From Saccharicrinis sp. (lineage in GTDB: Bacteria > Bacteroidota > Bacteroidia > Bacteroidales > Marinilabiliaceae), in the NCBI GenBank assembly GCA_041584155.1, contig JBFHEL010000001.1:1-42227 (forward strand): a stretch of 42,227 nucleotides of DNA, given 5' to 3'. Of this stretch, positions 10,675 to 19,750 are shown piece by piece. Position numbers and translations under genes: made by a program. Under the pieces are notes generated by a model. That model searched no databases and was not told the DNA's origin. It saw only the letters and a list, made by a program, of their open reading frames with translations. Numbering within the stretch: the stretch's first letter is position 1; every line of letters begins with the position of its first letter.

Positions 10675-10737
10675 TTTGGGAGTTTTCCGCATTTTGCGGA
10701 ACAGGCTTTCTGACCATTGTAAAATAAATTTAAACAA

Positions 10738-12219
10738 ATGAAAAATACATACTTCGACCTTATTGAACAAAGTTACTACTTTCCACAAGAAGGTTTTGAC
10801 CTGCGAGATAATTATCTGACGTTTCATGGGGTATCGTTAAAGTATTTAATTGAACAATACGGCACTCCTTTTCGGTTTATTTATCTGCCAAAAATTGGCG
10901 ATCAGATTAAAAAGGCAAGGAATCTTTTTAACAGGGCGATAAATAACAATGGATACAAAGGTTCGTATAACTATTGTTATTGTACCAAGTGTAACCACTT
11001 TTACCACGTGGTTAATGAAGCATTAAAACATAATGTAAACCTTGAAACCTCTTCTTCTTATGATATCGATTTAATATTACATTTATATGAAGAAAAAAAG
11101 ATCGATAAGAATCGGACGATCATTCATAATGGATACAAGACAGAAGAATATTTAACCAAGATTATTCAACTTCAACAAGCCGGCTTTCATAATTCAATCT
11201 TAATACTTGATAGTGAGAGGGAATTACATCGATTGAAAAAGTTTAACCTTAAACACAAGGTTAAAATTGGTATGCGCATGGCTATTAATGAAGAGATACA
11301 ATCGGCATATTATACCTCCAGATTAGGGATACCCAGTGGAGAGTTCTTGAATTTTTATAAGAAACACATACATAATAACCCGAAGGTTGAATTAAAGATG
11401 CTTCATTTCTTTGTGGACTCAGGCATTAAAGACACACTCTATTATTGGGGTGAGTTTAAAAGGGCTTTAAATGTGTATTCAATGTTAAAAAAGGAATCCG
11501 AGTCGCTCAACTCAATAAATCTTGGCGGAGGATTCCCCATTCGAAATCATTTGGGCTTTGAGTACAACTATGAGTACATGATTAATGAGATTATCAAGAA
11601 CATTAAAGATGCCTGTGATAAGGATAACATCACCGAACCACATATTTATACCGAATTTGGTAAATATACTGTGGGTGAATCAGGAGCTACCATTTTTGAA
11701 GTACTGGAGCAGAAACAACAAAATGATACCGAAACATGGTACATTATTGATAACAGCCTGATGAACACCATACCAGATGCATGGTCCATTCATGAAAAGT
11801 TTATTCTTCTTCCTTTAAATAAATGGAATAACGAGTATCAGCGTGTAAACATAGGTGGAATTAGCTGTGACCATTCCGATTATTACAACTCGGAAGATTT
11901 GAATCAGGAAATTTTGCTTCCTAAATACAAGGAAACGGAAAAGGAGCCCCTTTATCTGGGTTTCTTCCACACAGGGGCTTACCAGGATTCCATCAGCGGA
12001 TATGGAGGAATCAAACATTGTTTAATCCCCGCTCCTAAGCATGTAATTATTGACAGAGATGAGAAAGGTAATTTCAAACATTATGTTTACAGAGAAGAGC
12101 AATCTGCCGATGAGATGTTTAAAATACTGGGATACAATACTGCAGAACCTGCTGCCAATCCCATTCCAGCTCCTGAAGTAAATAATAAAAAACACAATAA
12201 AGAGGAGATCAAAAAATAA
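10738..12219 (+). CDS. speA: Arginine decarboxylase (Bacteroidota type, PLP-dependent fold III Orn/DAP/Arg decarboxylase)
   Basis: PLP lysine in YCTK, 'INLGGGFP', 'TEFGKYTV', 'GGISCDHSDYY', 'GAYQD' motifs. Confidence 0.82.
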   Translation: MKNTYFDLIEQSYYFPQEGFDLRDNYLTFHGVSLKYLIEQYGTPFRFIYLPKIGDQIKKARNLFNRAINNNGYKGSYNYCYCTKCNHFYHVVNEALKHNVNLETSSSYDIDLILHLYEEKKIDKNRTIIHNGYKTEEYLTKIIQLQQAGFHNSILILDSERELHRLKKFNLKHKVKIGMRMAINEEIQSAYYTSRLGIPSGEFLNFYKKHIHNNPKVELKMLHFFVDSGIKDTLYYWGEFKRALNVYSMLKKESESLNSINLGGGFPIRNHLGFEYNYEYMINEIIKNIKDACDKDNITEPHIYTEFGKYTVGESGATIFEVLEQKQQNDTETWYIIDNSLMNTIPDAWSIHEKFILLPLNKWNNEYQRVNIGGISCDHSDYYNSEDLNQEILLPKYKETEKEPLYLGFFHTGAYQDSISGYGGIKHCLIPAPKHVIIDRDEKGNFKHYVYREEQSADEMFKILGYNTAEPAANPIPAPEVNNKKHNKEEIKK

Positions 12220-12249
12220 AATCATATATTGATTACTATTCCATACAAG

Positions 12250-12302
12250 CGTTTCATGAAAAGGTAATAATTAAATTTTGTCATTACTTTTTCATGAAAA
12301 CG
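12250..12302. other. Long AT-rich inverted repeat between speA and corA (terminator or leader hairpin)
   Basis: CGTTTCATGAAAAGGTAAT pairs almost perfectly with ATTACTTTTTCATGAAAACG. Confidence 0.55.
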
Positions 12303-12340
12303 TTGGATAATATCAATAATAAGCATTTTAATATAGTTCA

Positions 12341-13408
12341 ATGGCTCGTTTTCTAAAAAGTAAAAAAGAACATATTGGTCTTTCACCGGATAGCATTTTA
12401 TTTCGTGGAGAGAAAAAAATTGATGACATAATTATTCAGCTCATCTGGTACGACAAAGAAAACTTTACTCAATTAGAACTCAACGACATCACTGATCTAA
12501 AAAAATATGATTTAACGAAAGGAAATTCCTGGATCAACATTTACGGACTGCATGATGAAGCAATCATGCAAAGCATCTCCAATCAATTAAATATCGATCC
12601 GGTCATTATTTCTGAGGTCTTAAATACACACAGCCGGCCAAGAGTACTGGAATATGAAGATTGCTTATATATTTCGGCTAAAATGGCTACCCTTAAACAC
12701 GATAAGCTCAGTAAAGTAACCACCGAAAATATTGCCTTTATACTCAAAGAAAATCAACTCGTTACCTTCCAGGAAAGACGAGGAGATGTATTTAACCCCG
12801 TTAGAGAGCGTTTAAAAAACACCAAGAAAAGGATAAGACACTTAGGTTCCGACTACCTTATGTTTACGCTAATCGATATTATCATCGACAATTATACCTA
12901 CATCATTAGCCGCATAGGTGAAAAGGTTGAAATACTGGATGAAAAACTGGTGCATGACACCAATAAATCGATTCTTTTAGGGATAAATGCGTACAAGAGC
13001 GAATTGATTTATTTACACAAATCAGTCAATCCTTGTAAAGAAATGATAATCAACCTTTTAAAGTTAGAATCAGAATATATTGAGGATGAAAACATCGTGT
13101 TTTTTAAAGAGCTGCAGGGCAATATTAACCATGCCCTGGATTCGCTCAATAACTACAAGGAAATACTCACCAATCAATTAAATATATATCACACTCAGGT
13201 AAGTAGCGGATTAAATGACATTATGAAATTCTTAACTATTTTTTCTGTTATTTTTATTCCTCTAACCTTTATTGCCGGCATCTATGGAACCAATTTCGAG
13301 TTTATTCCCGAACTAAAATTCAGATATGGATACCCTATCATGCTCCTGGCTATGGTTTTAATTGCATTGGGAATGTTATATTATTTTAAAAAAAGAAGGT
13401 GGCTTTGA
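12341..13408 (+). CDS. corA: CorA family Mg2+/Co2+ transporter
   Basis: 'WINIYGLHD', 'HSRPRVLEY', two C-terminal TMs with YGTNF..IPEL (variant of the YGMNF..MPEL signature). Confidence 0.9.
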   Translation: MARFLKSKKEHIGLSPDSILFRGEKKIDDIIIQLIWYDKENFTQLELNDITDLKKYDLTKGNSWINIYGLHDEAIMQSISNQLNIDPVIISEVLNTHSRPRVLEYEDCLYISAKMATLKHDKLSKVTTENIAFILKENQLVTFQERRGDVFNPVRERLKNTKKRIRHLGSDYLMFTLIDIIIDNYTYIISRIGEKVEILDEKLVHDTNKSILLGINAYKSELIYLHKSVNPCKEMIINLLKLESEYIEDENIVFFKELQGNINHALDSLNNYKEILTNQLNIYHTQVSSGLNDIMKFLTIFSVIFIPLTFIAGIYGTNFEFIPELKFRYGYPIMLLAMVLIALGMLYYFKKRRWL

Positions 13409-14106
13409 CCCACAAGATATTGATCGATCATTTTTTTGATATTTTCGGCATACGCCTCACTTATTGTATATATATCAGCCTTCAGGTTAATCTTTCCGTT
13501 TTCCAACTTCTCAATCTCAACTATTGGTTCATATCCTACAGTGACCCAGGCTGTATTTAATATCTGTAAACGTATATCTGAAACAATATCATTGATGTTT
13601 TCAGTTGCCTCAAATAAAAATGACAAATTCACTTTCTTAAGTCTTTGATTGGAGCTTTGTGACTTAATTACATTAAGCCGGATAAAACTATAGGATATAG
13701 AACTAACTTCTCCTTGTTTATCAACCACATCTAATCTAAAATGCCCCGCCTTGCTAATATGACCTTTAATATTCTCTAAGTCAATATAATCCCCTTCATT
13801 AACCTTGTTTTGTATTTTAAGGTTAATACCTACAATAAAATCCTTTAGCAAAGCCATAGAGGATACAATAAAAATAACAAGTAAAGAAGAAACAGCGATT
13901 AGTATAAAGTTATTCCCCGAAGAATATACCTCAGCAAAAAACCACAGGACAATACCTATCCAGCACAGTAATTCAGCAATAGGCAAAAGATAAAACAAGT
14001 ACTGTCTGAAGTTGCTTGTCAATGGCAGTTTACCTTTTACAAAATAGATAATTCTGAAAATAAAGAATAAAAATATAGCTAGTGTAACAATAGTAATTAT
14101 CATCAT
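13381..14106 (-). CDS. Small-conductance mechanosensitive channel (MscS)-like protein
   Basis: Three N-terminal hydrophobic helices then 'KDFIVGINLK...EGDYIDLENIKGHISKAG' resembling the MscS TM3/beta domain; starts 7 nt after the upstream stop. Confidence 0.7.
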   Translation of the reverse strand: MMIITIVTLAIFLFFIFRIIYFVKGKLPLTSNFRQYLFYLLPIAELLCWIGIVLWFFAEVYSSGNNFILIAVSSLLVIFIVSSMALLKDFIVGINLKIQNKVNEGDYIDLENIKGHISKAGHFRLDVVDKQGEVSSISYSFIRLNVIKSQSSNQRLKKVNLSFLFEATENINDIVSDIRLQILNTAWVTVGYEPIVEIEKLENGKINLKADIYTISEAYAENIKKMIDQYLVGQSHLLFLK

Positions 14107-14113
14107 GTTTATT

Positions 14114-17100
14114 TTAAATTAATCCAAAAGTCTTACAGCAATAAACCAAATACGGCTCAATGTTCCTGTCTAATATGTACACCTGGAATTCTTTTTCAAT
14201 AATAAGACCTGCATTTTTCATCCCTTGTAATAAATTATTAGCCACTTCAATCTTGTAATTGGTAAGCCTAACCAGTTTATTTAAATCCATATGCTTATGT
14301 TGAATAACCAAGGAAATAAGCAAAAGCCACTCTTTTTGTAAATAACATAAATGATCAGCGTTGTATTTGGCAGGCTTTCTAATGGTAATCGTATCCTTTT
14401 CATATTTAACAATATTTGCTTTCCAAATATTCATGGCAATACCAGGTATGCCGCCTGATAAATAAAAGTACTGGTTAAAGAGCAAGGAAAACTTTAATTG
14501 CGAAATGGCATCCTCTGTTTTTCCTTGATAGTTTAAAGCTATGCCACTGGATTTATGTCTGCTTAAAATAAGATGCTGCAGCTCTTTCGAATTAAAAGGT
14601 TCACATTCAACTAAAGCCAGAGAATGACTTAAAATTGGATAAATATTTTTTATAATATTAAATGAATTTGATTCGCAATTCAAAACAAAAAATATTCTTT
14701 CCCCATATTCTTTAATGAGCTCTATTAACTTTAAAATAACAGCACCACCACCTGGCCTACGTTCCCACCATAGGTCGAGGTTATTAATCACTATGGCGCT
14801 TTCGTAAGGCATATTTCGGCAGATAGCATCAAAATCGCTTAAATAGGCTATCTCCTTTTGAAATGCTTTTAACAAATCATTAGGATCTGTTGAACCACAA
14901 ACAGGAGGATCAATCCAAAATCCATTATTCTTTTTGAATAAGACACGCATTACCTGCCTGGACAAAGTAGTTTTTCCAGCACCATGAACACCCTTAATCA
15001 TTAAGGCACCTCCTATACCTTGTTTATGACGAGATAAAGCTTCTTTTATAATTTTCATTTCCCTTTCTCTGGGGATCCAAAAATCATTATTAATCGTGGA
15101 ACTACTACTCATCAGGTTTCTATAAAAAACAGGAACTGAGTTATAGATATTTTTAACAGGACTTATATCTTCTATAAAATCAAGAAGCTGACCATTGCTT
15201 AACTCTGATATTTCTTTCTCCTCAATATATTTCTTCGAGATCAGCAAGCTGGAATTAGTGCTATTTATTAAATAAATAATTCCATTATTAATATTTTCCT
15301 TCGCTTTTCTTATTTGTCCTTTTAAGCTTGAAACATACTTTTTACTCTTTCTTTGCTCTGTTTTATCCCCTTTTTCTTTCCCTATGATGGCATGATAAAA
15401 TAATTTGGAGAATGAATTGTGCAGATAATTAATGGATTTACTGCTTATATTATCCAACTCTAATTCTATTTTTTTCTTTTCTGCTTCAACTTGCAATAAT
15501 ATCTTTTTATAAAATTCCTTATCCAGCTTATCATTGGGTAAACTAATTATTTCTTCATTATCAATATTATTCATATGAAAAACCAACAAACTACATGCTT
15601 CTTTGATTTCAATAATAGAATCATTTATCACCTTATTAAGTCTTTCAACATCCCGATAAAAAGGTTCCCTGAATAAGGTATCAATGTAATTAGCTGCCAT
15701 TTTATTGGGGTAAACCAATCGCTCAGTATAAGCTACAAATTGCACTGGTTCCGAATCGATATACATCAATTCAGGAACATAAACCTCTTCGGGCAGTTTT
15801 TCAATATTTCCAATGACCTTCTGAATTAATTCATTTACAATTTTGATGAGTTCTATTTTCTTTTCAAATTCAGGTAATTTAACATCATCATTTTTTCTCT
15901 TAAGCAATTGATCAATGGTATTCAATACCTCCTGAGCAGGCTTTAAAATAATGTCAGCAACATGATTGTAAATTTTATCATTCCCGGCAGTTAAAATATT
16001 GTCTGCAATATCCTTCTGCATTAAGGTATTCATATCTAACAATAGGGTATTGTTAATTAAACGCACACCCCTGCCCCAATCCTCTGCGAATGATTTTAAT
16101 AACTCTACACCAACAACACTCTTATCTTTCTTTTTCTTAGTAGATTGCACCACCCCTTCAATATCTTTGGTATCACTTACCAAACCAAGCGTTACGTCAC
16201 GAAAGGCTACCATCAGGGCATTTCGTGAATCACATTTTAAATCATTTAGTTTTTGGGTAATCTGGCCTATCTTTTCAATCTGACTGTTAATATCTTCAAA
16301 TAGGTTATGCTTATCAATATGGCTAACGAGCGTGAGTTTCTGATAGGAATCATTAATTCCCATAATACTCATTCGTATATTCATTAAAAAACTCAGTGTT
16401 TCTTGTTCAAGATTCTCTACCAATGCTTTTAAGCGAAAAAACACATGTTTATCAATATGATATTTAAGGTTTTTACGATATTGATATTTTACATTTTTTT
16501 CTTTGTTTTTACTATCTGAAAAATAAGAGATTAAGATAGTTTCCGGCGATTCAAAAACATGATTTCCTATTTGAGATAACAATAAACTAATTCCATTCTG
16601 TAATATTTTTTCAGCCTCAAGCAGCGATTCTTTACCTTGTGCATCAACTATTGCGGTCATCTTTCTAAGGTACAGCTGATGGTTTCGTGTCACTGCCTTT
16701 TGAAATTCAAACTTACCATGCTGCTCAACCTCTTTTTTAAGTACGGTAATATTTGTCCTTGAAACATCTTGAATCTTCTCCACAATAGAGTTTAACTGCT
16801 CAATAGATGAATCAAATGTAGTATCAATAAATTGTTCTCCTATTGCACACAGTTTATGATCAAGTTTTTCCAGACGACTTCTTACCACTGCATTTTCCAA
16901 TAAAGGGAAAGGAGGCAAAGAAATTAAAGCTGATTTTGATTCTTCGGATTTTACCTTAACCACCTTCTTATCAACTAAATTCAGCTCTTCAAACTCATGA
17001 GAAGGACGAAGTAACAGCGTACTTGCCGGAAGCTGAATTATTCTGTTTATTTTATCTATATACTCCTTTGACAGGGTAACAATATTGGTAGAAATACCTA

Positions 17101-19123
17101 ACATCAATAAATCGGCAGCATTAGATTCTGAATGGATAATATCTTCCACGGTTCTCGAACCAAAATCATCCGACAATATTTTAATATTGGCCTTTATTCT
17201 TTTTTCTGACAATAAGGCCGATGTTTCTCTGAATATTTTATCATGAATAGATGAGTTACTATTAATAATGAGCAATCTCACATTTGAATCTCGCCACTCC
17301 GGTGAGGTTTGCAAGAATTTCAATAAATTTAAAGCCAGGCTCAAAAACCGGCCTTTACCATTCCACCATATATCAATATTTTCCTTCTTCCCAAACCCGT
17401 TGTCTTTATCGTAATCCAGGAAAACGGTGTTCATATTTTTGGTTTTCAAGTCATTTAACACCCTAACTAAAAAGTCTTTATTGCCTACCTGTTTGCTCCA
17501 GCCCATTAAAACGGTATTGGGTTCAAAGCCACTAAAACCATATACACTGGTAACAGTACTTATACCTTCCTCTACAGAATGGCAAGGTAAATCACGCAGG
17601 AAATATCTTATTTTCTGACCCTTTTTCTCGTAGTCTCGCGGCAATGGACGAATTGCATTAGCATCCACTCTGAGATTAAAATCTGTTAATGCCCCAAGTT
17701 TTCCCGAAAGATCTAATCCTAACTCAACCAAGTGCGGTCTGACTTTTTCGCCTCCACTAAACAGTACAATATTAGGCCGCCAATTCCGCGAATTATCTCT
17801 TTTAGCACTAAGTTTAAGCAGAGCCTGTTTTGCCATATTCATCCAAAAACTACTCCAGGCATCTCCACTTTCTAGGATCAACTCTTTTCGTTGCAAAAAG
17901 AAATAAAGCAATCCCAATACCACTGTAGCTCCAGCCAAGGCAATAAAATCCAGCAAAATCATCACAATAAAAGCGGCTAACGCACCTAACACACTCACAA
18001 ACCGTGGTATTCTAAATGCAGGCCTAAAATCAGAGCTTGACCAGCTTTCTATGGCTGATGCTAAATTCAGAAATCCATAGGTAGTAATAAAAAACATGGA
18101 AACTATGCGAGCAATAACATCTAGTTCTCCTATTAAAATACCCATTTCGGCAATAACAAATGTCAGCAATAATGCATTGCGAGGCTCATTTGTTTTTCCA
18201 GTTCCTTTACCTAAGGCCTTTGGTGCAATTTTATCCATGGCAATAGCCTGAAGTATTCTGGGAGCTCCAAGAATACTGCCCAGTGCAGAAGAAAGCGTGG
18301 CACCCCATATACCCGCTATTACAAGAGCAGGAACAAGTGATATTTTAAATAATATCTGAGGATCGTTGACCAGCGCATCAGCATCCACTGTATAAGAATA
18401 AAATAAAGCCAGTCCTATATAAACAATAAAACCAATCCCAACGGCCATCATCGCACCAACAGGTAGTGATTTACTTGGGTTTTTAAGGTCTCCAGACATG
18501 GATACTCCGGCCTCAAAACCTGTTACTGCCGGAAAAAATATTCCAAACAAAACCATAAATGGTGCTGCTGTGGCAATGGGTGTTAAATGTATCTCAGTGG
18601 GCGTAAAATCATGGTTGCCCAAAAAAATTGAAAGCAACGACAAGCCAATGGCTGCCATAATAAAATATTGTGATTTAATAGCCAGCGAAGTACTGATAAA
18701 GGTTATTGTGGTAACAGCAATCAATACAATGGTTCCTGTTATTCTAATCGTTTGAATATTGTTTGTTAAACCCCAGTATTGCAAAAAACTTTCTGAGAAA
18801 CCAATCAAGTACAAGCTTACACTAAAAGATAAGCCTACAAACAAGGCCAATCCCAAAGTACCTCCTATAGGAAGTCCCAGACTTCTGGAGATCATAAAAT
18901 AAGTACCTCCATTTTTTACCGGCTTGTCCGTTGACAAGGAAGCTACACTTAAACTGGTGGTGATAGAAATAATGTGAGCAATAACTATAATTCCGATCGT
19001 ATTAATTAATCCTGCCTGACCAATAATGACAGGAAAGCGTAAATACATGATTACACCCAGAATGGTTAATATCGACGGTGTAAATACTCCTCCAAAAGTT
19101 CCAAACTTTTTTATTTTGCCCAT
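14114..19123 (-). CDS. SLC12/CCC-family cation-chloride cotransporter (amino acid permease superfamily) fused to a helical region and a C-terminal P-loop NTPase domain
   Basis: SLC12 motifs GVFTPSILTILGVIMYLR, GGTYFMISRSLG, FFPAVTG..SGDLK, NWRPN, PNTVLMGW, IDIWW; Walker A GVHGAGKTT at residues ~1378-1386. Confidence 0.85.
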   Translation of the reverse strand: MGKIKKFGTFGGVFTPSILTILGVIMYLRFPVIIGQAGLINTIGIIVIAHIISITTSLSVASLSTDKPVKNGGTYFMISRSLGLPIGGTLGLALFVGLSFSVSLYLIGFSESFLQYWGLTNNIQTIRITGTIVLIAVTTITFISTSLAIKSQYFIMAAIGLSLLSIFLGNHDFTPTEIHLTPIATAAPFMVLFGIFFPAVTGFEAGVSMSGDLKNPSKSLPVGAMMAVGIGFIVYIGLALFYSYTVDADALVNDPQILFKISLVPALVIAGIWGATLSSALGSILGAPRILQAIAMDKIAPKALGKGTGKTNEPRNALLLTFVIAEMGILIGELDVIARIVSMFFITTYGFLNLASAIESWSSSDFRPAFRIPRFVSVLGALAAFIVMILLDFIALAGATVVLGLLYFFLQRKELILESGDAWSSFWMNMAKQALLKLSAKRDNSRNWRPNIVLFSGGEKVRPHLVELGLDLSGKLGALTDFNLRVDANAIRPLPRDYEKKGQKIRYFLRDLPCHSVEEGISTVTSVYGFSGFEPNTVLMGWSKQVGNKDFLVRVLNDLKTKNMNTVFLDYDKDNGFGKKENIDIWWNGKGRFLSLALNLLKFLQTSPEWRDSNVRLLIINSNSSIHDKIFRETSALLSEKRIKANIKILSDDFGSRTVEDIIHSESNAADLLMLGISTNIVTLSKEYIDKINRIIQLPASTLLLRPSHEFEELNLVDKKVVKVKSEESKSALISLPPFPLLENAVVRSRLEKLDHKLCAIGEQFIDTTFDSSIEQLNSIVEKIQDVSRTNITVLKKEVEQHGKFEFQKAVTRNHQLYLRKMTAIVDAQGKESLLEAEKILQNGISLLLSQIGNHVFESPETILISYFSDSKNKEKNVKYQYRKNLKYHIDKHVFFRLKALVENLEQETLSFLMNIRMSIMGINDSYQKLTLVSHIDKHNLFEDINSQIEKIGQITQKLNDLKCDSRNALMVAFRDVTLGLVSDTKDIEGVVQSTKKKKDKSVVGVELLKSFAEDWGRGVRLINNTLLLDMNTLMQKDIADNILTAGNDKIYNHVADIILKPAQEVLNTIDQLLKRKNDDVKLPEFEKKIELIKIVNELIQKVIGNIEKLPEEVYVPELMYIDSEPVQFVAYTERLVYPNKMAANYIDTLFREPFYRDVERLNKVINDSIIEIKEACSLLVFHMNNIDNEEIISLPNDKLDKEFYKKILLQVEAEKKKIELELDNISSKSINYLHNSFSKLFYHAIIGKEKGDKTEQRKSKKYVSSLKGQIRKAKENINNGIIYLINSTNSSLLISKKYIEEKEISELSNGQLLDFIEDISPVKNIYNSVPVFYRNLMSSSSTINNDFWIPREREMKIIKEALSRHKQGIGGALMIKGVHGAGKTTLSRQVMRVLFKKNNGFWIDPPVCGSTDPNDLLKAFQKEIAYLSDFDAICRNMPYESAIVINNLDLWWERRPGGGAVILKLIELIKEYGERIFFVLNCESNSFNIIKNIYPILSHSLALVECEPFNSKELQHLILSRHKSSGIALNYQGKTEDAISQLKFSLLFNQYFYLSGGIPGIAMNIWKANIVKYEKDTITIRKPAKYNADHLCYLQKEWLLLISLVIQHKHMDLNKLVRLTNYKIEVANNLLQGMKNAGLIIEKEFQVYILDRNIEPYLVYCCKTFGLI

Positions 19124-19464
19124 AATTTAGGTTTCTAATATTTGATCTATGATACAATAAAAGCCACTTAACTTAAAAAGTTAAAGATACTGTTTCTAAA
19201 ACTTAATTTCACCATCTCCTTTTGTTAAATCATAATCTGCATTGTCATTCAACTATTTATTACTACTCATTTATTTCCTGTATGCTAAATATACTCTCTT
19301 GGGGGTCGCTAAACAGGTAAAATAAGCATTCAGAATAAGCACCTTAAGTCTATATTATCCCATAATTTAAAAATATTTATTTATAGTTAAAAAATTAATC
19401 AGTAACTTGATTCTGACGATAGGCTTGTTATACTGTTAAATTTTGGTATAATTGTTAAACATTA

Positions 19465-19489
19465 TGACTACTTAAAAAAATTAGGTCAC
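19465..19489 (-). promoter_or_regulatory. Putative ECF-sigma promoter for the CCC-NTPase/mscS operon
   Basis: Minus strand reads GTGACC-N15-GTCA. Confidence 0.55.
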
Positions 19490-19562
19490 AAGATGGGATC
19501 ACCGTAAACATTACGATCAATTGATAGGTTGCAACTTTTATAAAAGAAGAAAGATATGTTTA

Positions 19563-19588
19563 GTGACCTGATCGAAAAAATTAGTCAC
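19563..19588. promoter_or_regulatory. Putative palindromic (bidirectional) ECF-sigma promoter or TF site
   Basis: Plus strand GTGACC-N15-GTCA; minus strand GTGACT-N15-GTCA. Confidence 0.55.
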
Positions 19589-19750
19589 AAAAAAATATTT
19601 TTTTTATGAAACCAGCCATAAGATTACTGTTCTCACACGATCTGTCCCCCAAAGCGGGAGAAGTATGATTAACTTAATTCTGGCGGGTTCTGTCGCAATT
19701 TGCAAGACAGGCAATGTGACCATTGAAAAATAAATAATTAATTAGAGTAT

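Noticed and set aside
14114-15200. NTPase domain interpreted as an anti-phage STAND/Avs defence system
   Set aside because: No nuclease, TIR, SIR2 or TPR modules and no defence-island neighbours; the context is ion transport and stress
19168-19215. 15-codon minus-strand ORF (MVKLSFRNSIFNFLS) upstream of the CCC fusion, possible leader peptide
   Set aside because: The SD-like AAAGGAG abuts the ATG with no spacing and no attenuator structure is visible
19716-19721. GTGACC counted as an additional ECF promoter
   Set aside because: No GTC element 15-16 nt downstream; treated as part of the leader repeat instead
19606-19733. Two short plus-strand ORFs (20 and 22 codons) in the usp leader
   Set aside because: They run through REP-like hairpins; no independent evidence of coding
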